The notes below the pieces were generated by a model. It searched no databases. It was not told where the DNA came from and was given only the letters and a program-made list of their open reading frames with translations. The translations under genes were made by a program, and so were the position numbers. 64,000 nucleotides of DNA from Octopus vulgaris (Eukaryota): positions 9,362,001 to 9,426,000 of the forward strand of contig OX597837.1 in assembly GCA_951406725.2 (NCBI GenBank). Reading direction: 5' to 3'. Below are positions 1-14,090 of the stretch, one piece after another. Every line of letters starts with the position of its first letter. Positions within the stretch are counted from its first letter, which is position 1.

Positions 1-352
1 TTTCTCACTCCAATGTTTCGTCTCTCGTAAGTTTTACAACTTCTCTTTCGGTGGTTCTGCTCTTACAACAGTCCCAGACGTCAATGATCAGGTACGATTT
101 CCTTCTTTGCCTCCCAGCGCATTATCATGTTTCCACTGTTCGATTATATGATCACACTGTATCTTAAATTCCCGAAGTATCTCTGATCTCTCACTTCCTA
201 CAACGCCTTTGGCTTTTGGACGATGCACGCATATTAAATATGCCATATAAATATCTTTTTGTAGGGTTAATTCTATGGCACAGTTCGAAATTTATGCAGC
301 ATAAGCGACGCCATTTCAGTGCAGAATATCCATAAATTATCTTTACAATTTT

Positions 353-650
353 TGTGTGGTAAGAATCTTGCTTACCAACCACATGGTTCCGGGTTCTGTC
401 CCTCTGCGTTATACCTTGGGTAAGTGTCTTCAACTATAGCCTCGGGCCGACCAAAGCCTTGTAAGTGGATTTGGTAGATGTATGTGTGTGTGTGTTTATG
501 TGTGTGTCTGTGTTTGTCCCCCCGACATCGCTTGACAATGTAAATTAGCGGTTCGGCAAATAAGAACAATAAAATAAGTACTAGGCTCGACTAAAGGTGG
601 GGTACCAGCATGGCCGCAGTCAAATGACTGAAACAAGTAAAAGAATAAAA
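353..650 (+). mobile_element. tRNA-headed SINE, family A
   Basis: A/B-box-like head (tgtggtaag...ggttccgggttc), ccttgggtaagtgtctt core, internal (TG)n, tail ccagcatggccgcagtcaaatgactgaaacaagtaaaag; more than 12 related copies in the window. Confidence 0.85.
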
Positions 651-667
651 TAGTAAATGGATATATG

Positions 668-754
<87 letters not shown>

Positions 755-756
<2 letters not shown>

Positions 757-1170
757 AGCAGTATAGCCCGGCGTTGCTCGGGTTTGTTTTTTGCGCTTAA
801 AACAGCTGAATTTGATGTCGCGTTCACAAAGTTAAGAATTGGAATTTTTGAAAAGTAAAAATGTTGTATTTTGTAGCTTGTTATTCTCTTTAAGTGAACA
901 TTTTTCTGGTTGAAATACATCGAAAAATGGCGACAGAGCAGTAAAAAAATCGTAAAAGAATAGGGATTTTCATAGAAAAAAAGCACCATTTTGATGTAAA
1001 TAATTGTTGGTGTTAACATGGTCCGATTTGAATTTTTTCATCTACAGAAGGAAGAGCAAGCCTGCTTCTATCATACTCTCAATTTTGATCAACTTGCGCC
1101 GCAGGGTCTCGGAGGAGATAGTGTTAGTTGAAGGCTAACACACACACACACAACTTCAGCTTTATATATA
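755..1170 (-). mobile_element. Non-autonomous Helitron-like element 1
   Basis: Minus strand ends with GC hairpin cccgagcaacgccggg, then CTAG|T; the same terminus is repeated at 1173. Confidence 0.65.
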
Positions 1171-1172
1171 TA

Positions 1173-1556
1173 CTAGCAGTATCGCCCGGCGTTGCTCGGG
1201 TTTGTAAGGGAAATAACTATAAAGCATTTTTAGAGAGTTATAGCCAAAAAATAGCAAATAAATGGAAAAAAAATTATGGTAAATTTTTTTTGAGAGTTAA
1301 AAAGGTCAAGTTGCGTCCCCTAGACAGTCTGTAGTTTGTGTTTCTGATTCTCGACCCCATGTCGAATTTATCGATTTTTTTCAGAACTGGGGGAACTTTT
1401 CAAAATTTTCGCTGCGTTAGTTTTGAATTATGACATTGGGCTATGTGTGTGTCAAGTTTCATCAGAATCGGTTGAAAGCCGTGGTCAGGGTGAGGGTACA
1501 ACCTAACAGACACACAGACACGCACACAGACAAACTGCCGTTTATATAGAGAGAGA
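1173..1556 (-). mobile_element. Non-autonomous Helitron-like element 2
   Basis: Minus strand: A|TC 5' end at 1556, subterminal (ctgt/gt) microsatellite, 3' hairpin cccgagcaacgccggg and CTAG|T end. Confidence 0.7.
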
Positions 1557-1820
1557 TAATAAGAAAAAGAAAGTTCTTGGCACAGTATTAAATATTTGGA
1601 AAGATGAGTAGATATGGCTCTTTTTGAATATTTTTTATTTTGATAATAATGTTTGGAAAGAGTACCCCTGGGTGACTCTCCTATGAGTTACGAGCTTTAA
1701 ATAGTCGTTTACAAACTGAAAATGTATATTTTATTGGTTGCTCAAATAGCAATAAATTTTTCTTACAGGTAATACACATACAAAAATAAACACAAAGGGA
1801 AAATATATGAAAATACAAAA

Positions 1821-1868
1821 ACAAGAAGAGGAAGAAGAAGAAAGAAGGAGGAAGAAGAAGAAGAAGAA

Positions 1869-1900
<32 letters not shown>

Positions 1901-2198
1901 AGAGGAAAGAAGACGACGACGAAGAAGAAGAAGAAGAAGAAAAAGAAGAAGGAGGAGAAGAAGAAGAAGAAGAAGAAGAAGAAGAGGAAAGAAGACGACG
2001 ACGATGACGACGACGAAGAAGAAGAAGGAGAAGAAGAAGAAGAAGAAGAAGAAGAAGAAAAGAAGAAGAAGAAGAAGAAGAAGAAGAGAAGAACAAGAAC
2101 AAGAACAAGAAGAACAAGAAGAAGAAGGAGAAGAAGAAGAAGAAGAAGAAGAAGAAGAAGAAGAAGAAGAAGAAGAAGAAGAAGAAGAAGAAGAAGAA
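1821..2198. repeat. (GAA)n microsatellite
   Basis: Direct inspection. Confidence 0.97.
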
Positions 2199-2789
2199 TA
2201 TAATAATTGAGTAAATGAAAAAAGCTGTAAATAGAGATCAGATTAATAGTAATTAGTAACTGAGAATGTAGGAGGAGGAGGAGGAGGAGATGTACATCTT
2301 CAAAGATAAAGAAATGGGATAGTTTGGAGTGGACTATATTGTTGCGAATTATCAAAAGATAATTGTTGCAATGTCTACTGATTTGAGTTCATGTATTTAG
2401 TTCTCACACATGGTATGTTGTGTGTGTGTATGGTGTGTTTGTCTATACATACCTATATTCTAATATACGTACATGCCTCTTGACCCTTATAACTATTTAT
2501 GTACACAAATATACACAAATATACGCACAAACACATAGACATTCAGAACTACATCCGGAAAGATGCACTGACAAATACGGATACCAATCCACCCACACAA
2601 ACATACACACACAAGCGCGAATACATATCTTTACATACTTATATATACACATGCACACACAAATACATATCCATATTCAGGGAAGCAACGCTCTTCCTAG
2701 CATAGTCACCCCTTTCTGTCTTCTTCTGATATTCAAATCCAACGAACTTGCTCACCCGTATATATATTTATATACACACACATTCGCAT

Positions 2790-2869
<80 letters not shown>

Positions 2870-2873
<4 letters not shown>

Positions 2874-3100
2874 CTATATTGTCAATAATAAAAGGGTAAA
2901 GTTCTCAAGTAATCGATGTACGTGTGATCTTTCGTTATTTTTCCCTCTATACCTGCGTGAATTATTTTTGAGTATACATTTTCTGGGAGACTTTTCTTAT
3001 AGTAGAGGAAATAGCTAAAATTTTAGGGCTGCTATTTCTAAAAGTTCGGTGTGTGGTAAAGTAAATTATTTTACTGAACCCTAATTATATAACGTAATAT
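2870..3100 (+). mobile_element. Diverged partial copy of the 565-bp hammerhead element (see 53535-54472), between (TA)n tracts
   Basis: 2901-3100 aligns by eye to 54267-54472 (gttctcaa.taatc ... gggctgctatttcta ... aaagtaa.ttattttact ... gtaatat); 2870-2900 resembles the inverted arm end tcaacaattcagggtaaa. Confidence 0.7.
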
Positions 3101-3176
3101 ATATATATATACATAGACACACATGTATGCATACACACGTACATACACACATACGCACAAACACACACACACGCAT

Positions 3177-3263
<87 letters not shown>

Positions 3264-3399
3264 AGTATGTATGAATGCATTATGCATTTATGTATGTATA
3301 AGTTGTAAAGATGATATATGGACACACTATCATGTTTATACTTTAAGAATTACACACTATTCGATTCCTTCGCATTTCGGAAGCTGCAGAAATACATAA

Positions 3400-5280
3400 C
3401 ATTGATAAGCTGCAAACATAGCGAAATGTGCATGTATCATTCGCGCACTTAATTCCGAGCTAGCTTCGTTTCGCCCATTTCTAAACTATATTCTTATAAC
3501 AATATGCTTTAGATGTGTTGAAACACATCACGTCTATAAAGCAATTTTTTCCCGGAAGAAAATTGTAGCTTCTGTATTTTAAACAGTATACATACAATAA
3601 TTCTGTTATGCATACAATGATTCTGTTATGCAGATAAAAAATAATTTGTTGTTTTCTTTGCAGATATTTTTATAAATTTTCTGTTTTTACGCGATATATT
3701 TGCATTCATACCGTACACATTTTATAATACATTCCCACTTGCATAAGCCTCTTGAGTAAATATAAAAATATAATCATCTTTCTATGAAAGATTCTGTTTG
3801 ATATACTCCATATCGAATGGCGTTTGAGAATAGTATTTCTTAATATCCATATCTAATTGAATGTGTCCAATAATATCTTATAATATCTTATAATAATTTC
3901 CCAGTTGCACAATGCCTCTATACGCCTGTATTGCTGTATTTGTGGTAAATATAAAATTTCTATGTCATACCTTAGCAAGTGTGTTCTAAAAGCAGCCATT
4001 AATTTTCTGATATTTCTCCATAGATCTGCACGTTTATTTGCGCCCCGTTGGGAATACTATAATTTGAAATGATTTCAGTGACCTCAACCTTAATGATAAT
4101 TAGTACCGTATTATTAGCTTTTAGCTCTGTCTTAATTATTCACCTACCGTATTTTATGTCATATAAGATACAATTTGTCAAAAACAAATGCCTGAAGAAA
4201 ATCTCTCTAAGTCCTTATTTACACGCAGCTACTTTAATACAATTTATGGATCTTTTCGGTTTGAACGGCAGTTTTTAACATCATTTCTAGGTAACTAAAA
4301 AAATTTAAACTTCGTATACTGGTAGAATGGCTTTACTGAGAAAATTCTATAGTTTGTAAGAAATTTGTTTTTTTCCTTCAATTTCTGCAATTTCAGCCAA
4401 TCAGTGACGTCTATTGAGTTAAAAAGCATTCTGTGCCGTATGAATATGTCCCTCGTTTAAGAAACAGATTGGGTTTATTTGCATTTGTGAAGAAAAAATA
4501 TGCCCTTCCCCCACCTTCCCCCACCCCTAACCCTAACCTTAACACTAACTAACCCTAACCCTAAAAGAGATTGAAATGCAATAGATCGATTCTAGGGTCA
4601 TAATTATGGGTGACAATTTCGTATGACACCGCTAGAAAAAAACTGCCGTTCAAACCGAAAAGATCCCAATTTATTTCAAGCTTCAATGCACTAACATGTG
4701 TTTTTCTCAGTATGTGCCGCTGAAATGTGGGGTACGTCTAATGGAGCCATCCGTCTTGTTTGCCATCACATACGTTTATTCGCTTCCACTATTCCCTCCT
4801 AAAGTTGTCATTCCTTTGTGTATTCTATTCCATTGATTCCCAAATAATTCCCAGGCTTTGTTTGGCTTAATTCTTTTATCTCAGTTTCTGTATCTATCAC
4901 GATATCAGTATTCTATTTGCTGTTGGTGCCGTATTGATTTCTATTATATTTTTACTATGTTCTTGAAATCGATTAGGGGTTCAAATTGAACTGCGTGTTT
5001 TGTTCAAAGAATCGTTGGCGTTTTTAATACTAACGGATTCTTTGTAATTTTAGCGAGGACCCCTTGTTTCAAGCCTTCTTTGATTTCGGATACATTTTAT
5101 TATGTAATATTTTTACAATATAATATAAAATGCCCCGTTTTTAAGTTATGTCATTCTGCTATTGATTTTATTAACGATTAAACCATTTCCCCTTTATTTT
5201 CTAAAATATATTCTGTATATGTCTTTATTTTTCCGTTGTGGCTTTGCATTTTTGATATTCGTACTACAATGGATCGCGGG
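3400..5280 (-). pseudogene. Decayed non-LTR retrotransposon RT region (R4/NeSL-like), split by a MITE
   Basis: Minus-strand peptides in the expected order: SEIKEGLKQG (~5090), EIKELSQTKPGNYLGIN (~4880), IIKTELKANN (~4140), IRKLMAAFRTHLLRYDIEILYLP and RGIVQLGNYYK (~4010-3890); many stops and frameshifts. Confidence 0.6.
4248..4666. mobile_element. MITE with ~29-bp TIRs, 8-bp TSD and internal (CCCTAA)-like repeats
   Basis: TIR ggatcttttcggtttgaacggcagttttt / aaaaactgccgttcaaaccgaaaagatcc; TSD caatttat at 4240-4247 and 4667-4674. Confidence 0.92.
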
Positions 5281-5413
5281 TGGTGATGGTGGCGATGGTT
5301 GTGGTACTGGGGGAAGCTAGGTACCCGCTTTCCTTTCTAACTACAGTGTTTGTTTCATTCATATATTACTGCATTTAGAATGACAGTATCGATAATTTTT
5401 TTCTAATAAATAT

Positions 5414-6440
<1,027 letters not shown>

Positions 6441-6904
6441 TGATAACAGTTTATTTCCTTGGCATCGGAATGATGGAAGACACAAAACAATTAAAACCTT
6501 CACTCGGTTTGAGATCAGAATAGGCATAAACGCGTGACTTTATTCGGCATTTTCTTTTGATCGACGCACTACCTAGTCGGCCTACGTGCAGCCCTTATTT
6601 TCGCTAAACCTATTAATGATAAAACAACCAATTTGTGGTTTAAGTAAAAGCACTTGCAGTAATGTTTAACTGTTCAGGTAAAAGCATCGGAAAAATATAA
6701 AACCTTCTGAAAAACTACACTTCCATAATTTCAGAAAGGAAAATTGCATTAATCTTGAAAAAACCGAAGAAAGAGAAGAAAAGAATTTTTATAAACCTTC
6801 AGATCTATAGAACAATAGGGTTACCTCACTAAAATACTTCTCTGAAGACATTTATATCAATGTAATCGTTGCAGAAATAGATAAATGCTTTCCTGACAGA
6901 GAGT

Positions 6905-6907
6905 AAC

Positions 6908-6995
<88 letters not shown>

Positions 6996-6998
6996 GTG

Positions 6999-7068
<70 letters not shown>

Positions 7069-7081
7069 TAGTAATAATGAC

Positions 7082-7143
<62 letters not shown>
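6905..7143. repeat. (AAT)n microsatellite
   Basis: Direct inspection. Confidence 0.97.
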
Positions 7144-7149
7144 TAAAAG

Positions 7150-7420
7150 CCTCCTTTACCGCAAGAACATACAAAATGTTAGGAAGCTTACTAGGTCTGC
7201 TAAAATCAGAATAAAACCATGAATGAAAATAATGGAAAAAGAAAGTCGCAACTGAAGACTGTAAGTTTAGTGGATACAGAAAAAAAAGGAATTTAAGGAA
7301 CGCAAGGATTGATTACCGGAAACCTTTGACAGAATTCCTAACTAATGGATTCCTAGATACAGTATTGGTAAGTGAGGTCGCATCCAATAATCAGCAGGTA
7401 CATTAAATCTTGCTGCAATA
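7150..7420 (+). pseudogene. Short decayed non-LTR RT fragment
   Basis: ggattgattaccggaaacctttgacagaattcctaactaatggatt reads IDYRK-(frameshift)-FDRIPN*WI, matching the RT motif WIDYxKAFDSVPHxWI. Confidence 0.45.
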
Positions 7421-7939
7421 AATGTATAATAAAAAAAATATATGGCACTTCAGAAAACCGAATGAAAAAGGAGCTACCATAAATAATCAATATTCTTCCA
7501 AATTGCCGTGAGAGGGAGCCACTATGTTGTTGGAAAATATATTAGAAATAATAGTCAATTCTCCTTCAAATTCCGATTTGCTTTTTTTTAACGAAAGTGG
7601 AACGGACGAAATTATGCATTAAATAATGTAGTCTTGGTATCGCAGAAAAGAAAAATAATCGATCGGAGATCGAGAGCCATTGATCATATATATATTGAGA
7701 TCAAATATATTCTGGGGCCAAACATGAACGCCCAACAACAGCAATCTCTTAGCTAGAGCACACAACAGTCACACAAAAGTTCCTCAAATGCTATCCTATT
7801 ATTTAAATAGGAAAGAAACACATATTTATGTATTGTAATCATAGTATTTCTAAAAATACAAGCTACTAGCCTCTGATGTGCTGTTTATTCTATTTTCACG
7901 TCGATCAGACATGATCGTGAACCAATCAACAACTTCACT

Positions 7940-8145
7940 ATTGGTTTCAAATGTTGCCATAAGGACAGCAATTTCAGTGGAGAAAGGGAATCGATTTTAT
8001 CGAACCCAGTGCTCAACTGCTACTTATTTTACTGACCCCGAAAGGATGAAAGGCAAAGTCGACCTAGGCAGAATTTTAACTCAAAACAGTAGGGACAGAT
8101 GAAATGCATTTTACCCGACATGCTAACGATTCTGCCGGCTGCATT
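7940..8145 (-). mobile_element. SINE family B
   Basis: gaccccgaaaggatgaaaggcaaagtcgacct core, reverse complement of the copies at 28917-29660. Confidence 0.8.
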
Positions 8146-8192
8146 CAACTATGTAATATCAATATCAATATATATAGATATATATATATATA

Positions 8193-8436
8193 TAGTGGTT
8201 AGGGCAGCGGACTTGTGGTCGTAGGATCGCGGTTTCGATTCCCAGACCGGGCGTTGTGAGTGTTTATTGAGCGAAAGCACCCAAAGCTCCACGGCTCTGA
8301 AAGGGGGTGGTGGTGATCCCTGCTGTACTCTTTCGCCACAACTTTCTCTCACTCTTTCTTCTGTTGGCTTGCTCGCTTAGCCAGCGGGGTGGCGTCATTT
8401 GAAGGCTAAAACAATGCGAAGCGCATTGTGACCAGT
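8193..8436 (+). mobile_element. tRNA-headed SINE, family C (tail type 1)
   Basis: agtggttagggcagcggac...ggtttcgattccc head; tail matches 34860-35025 (minus). Confidence 0.85.
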
Positions 8437-9109
8437 ACCGGATCGATCCCAAAATCTAATCAGTTCGTACCAGTCACCGGGCGAGACATCTCTCATGTTT
8501 CATCCGAATCCATCCAGCGGACAAACAAGCAAATAAACACGACTGAAAACAATACCATGGAGGTAAAAATGAACGAATTTAACTAGTAACCCCATAAAAT
8601 TTGGAGCACATAGTTGAAATGTATTTGGAAAGCAATAAAACCTATTAGAAATGTATCAGAGTTTTCTAAATGTTATTCAGACGTAAACTTCAAAATATTT
8701 ATTTGGACAACTGATCGGTCGTTGACTTTCAAACATTAACATCTATTAATAATAAACTGATAACCAATCATAGTTTACCAGAAAGAAGTCTGATCGAAAA
8801 TATTAAATTTTAAACGTTAGGTAAATTACCAATATATATGGTTATTATAAAGTTCATTCATAATTCATACGGAAATTGTAATAAATTAGTTCTATATATG
8901 GTAAATTTAATCTGTGGGAAAAATAAGTGAGAAAATTTATTATTTCTATAACGAGATATATTCTTGAAAATGTTAATTTCCTCTGTGTCCACCGTCGGTA
9001 GATATATATGGAACGTGATACCATTCTCGACTACGAAACGTACACCGTGTAGTAGAAAGAAGAGTGTTTTAGCTTGCATGACGCATTGTGATAAAAAGGC
9101 AAAAAAATT

Positions 9110-9840
9110 AAATATTCCATCTACTAGAGGCACAAGGTCCGAAATATTTGAGGAGGGGCTAGTTGATTAGATCGACCGTCAGTACGCGAATGGTACTTAA
9201 CTTATCGACCCCAAAAAGATGAAAGGCAAAGTCGACCTCGGCGGAATTTGAAATCAGAACGTAAATACAGACGAAATACCGCTAAGCATTTCATCCGGGG
9301 TGCTAACGTTTCTTATTTCTTTATTGCCCACAAGGGCATAGAGGGGACAAACAAGGACAGGCAAAGGGATTAATTCGATAACATCGACGCCAGTGCGTAA
9401 CTGGTACTTAATTTATCGACCCCGAAAGGATGAAAGACAAAGTCGACTTCGGCGGAATTTGAACTCAGAACGTAACGACAGACGAAATATCGCTAAGTAT
9501 TTCACCCGGCGTGCTAACGTCGATAAATGAAGTACCAGTTCGGGATCGATAAATTAAGTACCAGTTGCAAACTGGAGTCGATCTAATCGACTACCCCACT
9601 CCTCTCACCAAAAATTTTGGACCTTGAGCCTAGAGTAGAAAAGAATCGTTAGCACGCCGGACGAAATGCTTAGCAGTATTTCGTCTGTCTTCACGTTCTG
9701 AATTCGAATGCCACCGGGGTCGACTTTACCTTTCATCCTTTAGGGGTCGATAAATTATGCACCAGTGAAACACTGGGGTCGAAATAATAACTTAATCCCA
9801 CCCCTATAATTTCAGGCCTTGTGCCTACAGTAGAAAGGAT
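9110..9840. mobile_element. SINE family B cluster (minus-strand dimer abutting plus-strand copies)
   Basis: Minus cores at ~9205 and ~9415; plus-strand pieces 9520-9840. Confidence 0.8.
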
Positions 9841-10045
9841 TTGATCTAAGATCAAAAGGCTAAAATAAACAAGATACACTTTTCCTAAGTCCTCCCCATT
9901 TCATTATCTTCCCTAGTAAAATATTTTCCTCGAGCATTGGGACTTACAAAGCCAGTTTCCCGGTTTTCTTGACGCTTAAGTAATTTAGTTACAACATTCC
10001 CTCTTAATGTAACACCGGTCCTTTGCATGGTTCAAGGAAATCAGT

Positions 10046-10427
10046 GGAAGCGCAATGGCCCACTGGTTAGGGCAGCGGACTCGCGGTCGTAGGATCGCGG
10101 TTTCGATTCCCAGACCGGGCATTGTGAGTGTTTATTGAGCGAAAACACCTAAAGCTTCACAAGGCTCCTGCAGGGGGAGGTGGTGAACCCTGCTGTACTC
10201 TTTCACCACAACTTACTCTCACTCTTACTTCCTGTTTCTGTTGTACCTGTATTTCAAAGGGCCAACCTTGTCACACTCTGTGTCACGCTGAATCTCCTCG
10301 AGAACTACGTTAAGGGTACGCGTGTCTGTGGAATGCTCAGCCACTTGCACGTTAATTCCACGAGCAAGCTGTTCCGTTGATCGTTTCAGCTGGGACCCTC
10401 ATCCTTGTAACCGACGGAGTGTTTCTA
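10046..10427 (+). mobile_element. SINE family C (tail type 2), full length with TSD
   Basis: Head ggaagcgcaatggcccactggttagggcagcggactcgcgg; TSD tcaaggaaatca at 10032-10043 and 10428-10439. Confidence 0.9.
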
Positions 10428-10885
10428 TCAAGGAAATCAATTCTGAGGAGACGAGAGAAATCGATGACATCAATTCCAGTACTTGACTGGTACATAATTT
10501 TATCGACCCTGGAGTAATGAAAAGCTAAGTGGGACTTGGTGGGATTTGAACCCAAAGAACCAGAAGACTTGCTGCTAAATATTTTGCCCGACGTGCTAAC
10601 GGTTCTGGCAACTTGTTGCTTCCTTTCTTCTCATCAATCATACAATGATGGTTTTATAGATATTTTGTCCACGTGTTTTTTTGTTGTTGTTGTTGTCGTT
10701 GTTTTTTTCTGTAAACCGCAAATTTTATTTTTATTCTCTTCTGGAAATATGTCATATGTTTATGCCAAGCCAAAAAAAAAAACTGAAGTTCGATGGTTTG
10801 CATCAATCCATATTCCATATTCCACGGAGGAAAAGAAGGATATTTACTGTCTAGAATTGACACTTTGTTTGTCAGAGAAATACAG

Positions 10886-11087
10886 TTCTTCTTCTCCATC
10901 ATTATCGTCTTCTTCTTCATCATTCTTCTTCTTCTTCTTCTTCTTCTTCTTCTACATCTTCTACATCTTCTTCATATTCTTCTTCTTCTTCTTCTTCTTC
11001 TTCTTCTTCTTCATCATCATCATCTTCTTCTTCTTCTTCTTCTTCTTCTTCTTCTTCTTCTTCTTCTACTTCTTCTTCTTCTTCTTC
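10886..11087. repeat. (TTC)n microsatellite
   Basis: Direct inspection. Confidence 0.95.
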
Positions 11088-11502
11088 ACTCCTTTCACAA
11101 AAAAACCCAACAGAACAGAAGCGTCAATATCCCACATCTCCCCAAAGACATGTCTCCACATAACTTTCCGACGTCGTTCTATAGGAAAACCTTCTACCTA
11201 AACATTAGCTTCAAAACAAAAACCTAATTTTAAAATACAAATTTATGTATAGCAGCAATTGAGTGAGCAACATATAGTATACAAAAAGAAGAATTTTACC
11301 AAAATACACAACTTATTCAACCCCAGAAGCATCACTGAATATAATTATTCTTACTCAAATTATCATCTGTCTAATATGAAATTGGTTTTCTTTGGCGCGA
11401 AGAAACTGACAACGAGAAAGTAAAAGTGAAAGTAAAAACAAAATCCAGGAATCTACTAGAAATAAATCTCAGGTATGGAATATCTACGACTATGTACTTC
11501 TA

Positions 11503-11790
11503 TAGGTGTAGGTGTGGTTCCATGGCTAAGAGGCTCGCTTAGAAACGACGTAGCTTCAGGTTCAGTTCCACTGCACAGCACTTTGAGCAAATGCCTTCTA
11601 CTTGCCCTTTGAGTAAATTTCTTAGACGGGAACTGTATGGAAGCCTGCCGTAAAAGAATACGCGACAATAATTACCAGAATTTGAAAAGAATTACTAAGA
11701 ACAAAGGCAGATTAGTTCTACTAAAACACGTTAAGGCGGCGCTGTCGTATGGCTGTAGTTCAATGAGTGAGACAAGTAAACGATATAAAA
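11503..11790 (+). mobile_element. Old SINE family A copy
   Basis: Degenerate head (ggttcagttccactgcacagcactttgagcaa) and tail. Confidence 0.6.
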
Positions 11791-12400
11791 GATACTATTT
11801 CACCTAAATATGTCTCAGGTTTTTTCTTTCCATCTCTTTCTTTTGTGTGCTGTCCATGATCAATCATTTTAGATACATTGATTGTACAATGAGATCTTCT
11901 ATATCACATTTCCTTTTCTCTTGATATATTTCCACTCTGATATATATTGCTTTCTGTCTGGTTTTTAATCAAAATATAATTTCCCAGGTTATAAACAATG
12001 TTATAACGACAGAATGGCTGTAAGATTCATATTCTTTAGATTTTCTTTTGTTTCGATGTTGCAACCTAAGGTTGGTTGGGGTTGTTAGTCTACATTATTC
12101 TATAAAGTGTATACGGCCGGTCACTTCCTCAAAGTACAACTCTTAACCTCATCATTGTGGGATGGTGAAACAAGTTACTGTCAGAGCAATGCCGTCGGGG
12201 ACTTCGAGTACCTGGTAGCAGAAGTCTGACACCAAGGTGGAAAGGTCTGACACAGGAGGTGCTAGGTCCGTAACCCGGCTAACTGGATGGCAATGGTGAA
12301 TTTCAGACGGCGTCTGTTCCAGAACCCGACGACTTCCTGGTGGCGTTGGCTCGCATCTGTGGGGTCAAACTGCGGCGAGAAGGTATAACCTGAGGAAAAC

Positions 12401-12443
12401 TTCATAAGGCACCATACACCGGCCGTGTATGGTGCCTTATGAA
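12401..12443. repeat. Hairpin with perfect 19-bp arms
   Basis: ttcataaggcaccatacac-cggcc-gtgtatggtgccttatgaa. Confidence 0.9.
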
Positions 12444-12952
12444 TTCAGAGGGAAACTGTTTTCGGTAACTTTGTTCTTCCCTTGGGACACCTGTGGACAC
12501 AATGACGGGGTGAGCTCAGTAGGAACCGGCTAAACCCCTGCTGTATGGATGCCGTTGAAAGACAAGTGAAGGCAAGATGGGGCCAGTTTCCCGATGTTCT
12601 CTGTTGTATATATTCCGCCCTGGACGTGACGTCGGTCCATCACAAGCTGTGTGGACGGGAGCAACATAAATATGAAGTGCTTTCTTCAAGAATACAACGC
12701 ATCGTCCGTTCCAGGAATCGAAACGACGATCTTACGATTGCAAAAATTCCAGCGAGTTTTATGAATCGCTGGAGAATCGTAAGAAAGAAGTAAAAGCTTC
12801 GAGGGAGAAGAGTTGAACTGTGAAGAAGAAATAAAGTTGATGAACAGGTGAAAATAAGTGGTGATGCAGGTGGTATAAACAGAAAAATGGCTGTGGGGCA
12901 GAACTTTTCGCTTTTCAGTGAACAGCAAGTACTAAGGAAAGAGAAGCAACAG

Positions 12953-13046
<94 letters not shown>

Positions 13047-13173
13047 CATATATATATATAATATATATATACATATATATGCATACTACATATATATATA
13101 TATATTAATTTATATTTATATATATGTATATACATCTATATTTTTATATACATATATTTATGCATATACATAT

Positions 13174-13237
<64 letters not shown>

Positions 13238-13311
13238 GAACATACACGCAAACACACACCTCATGCACATATATCTCATCTCATTTACATACAAGCCTCT
13301 CTATTTTTTTA

Positions 13312-13636
13312 CTCTTACTCTTTTACTTGTTTCAGTCATTTGACTGTGCTCATGCTGGAGCACCGCCTTTTTTAGTTGAGCAAATCGACCCCAGGACTTA
13401 TTCTTTGTAAGCCTAGTACTTATTCTATCGGTCTCTTTTGCCGAACCACTAAGTTACGGGGACGTAAACACACCAGCATCGGTTGTCAAGCGATGTTGGA
13501 GGGGGAAAAACACAGACACACAAATATATATATATATACATAACAAGTATATATACTTATATACGACGGGCTTCTTTCAGTTTCCGTCTACCAAATCCAT
13601 TCACAAGGCTTTGGTCGGCAAGAGGCTAAAGTAGAG
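13312..13636 (-). mobile_element. SINE family A, 5'-truncated
   Basis: Reverse complement of the family A core and tail. Confidence 0.85.
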
Positions 13637-13819
13637 ATGTAGTCTGAATCTTACCTGTTCCACTCCCCAAACATATATTTCTATATCTATATATGTGGTT
13701 GTACCTGCATCTTTTGTAAGAATACACAATAGCTTCCGTTATAACAGAATGGGTAAGGAGTATTACTCGGTAACGGTAATGCTCCAGCGTGGTCTTAGCT
13801 TTGCTGGCTGAAGCCGAAT

Positions 13820-14090
13820 CGTATGCACTAAAGAAATGAATAGTACGTGGATGGACAGATATGCCAAAAATAAAATAATTGGCATTAATAATGTAGTTGT
13901 TCCCATTATAAGTTTACAGATATAATAGGTTCTGTTGTTGGAGAGTAAGCTAAGTGAGTTAATGAGAAAAGGTAAGGACAATGATGGCGAGCATTAATGA
14001 CAGTAATTTGGAGAGCAGCACAAGAGAGTTGAGTCTGTGCAACTATATTTAACACTAACCAACTTAGCCGAGGAATCGTTAGCAATTTGA
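13820..14090 (+). pseudogene. Decayed R4/NeSL-like non-LTR fragment
   Basis: Peptides AKNKIIGINNVVVPII, LSELMRK, QLYL...RGIV; same post-RT region as 3890-4140. Confidence 0.5.

Noticed and set aside
10046-10120. tRNA-like sequences in SINE heads
   Set aside because: They continue into SINE bodies and lack a complete cloverleaf, so they are not tRNA genes
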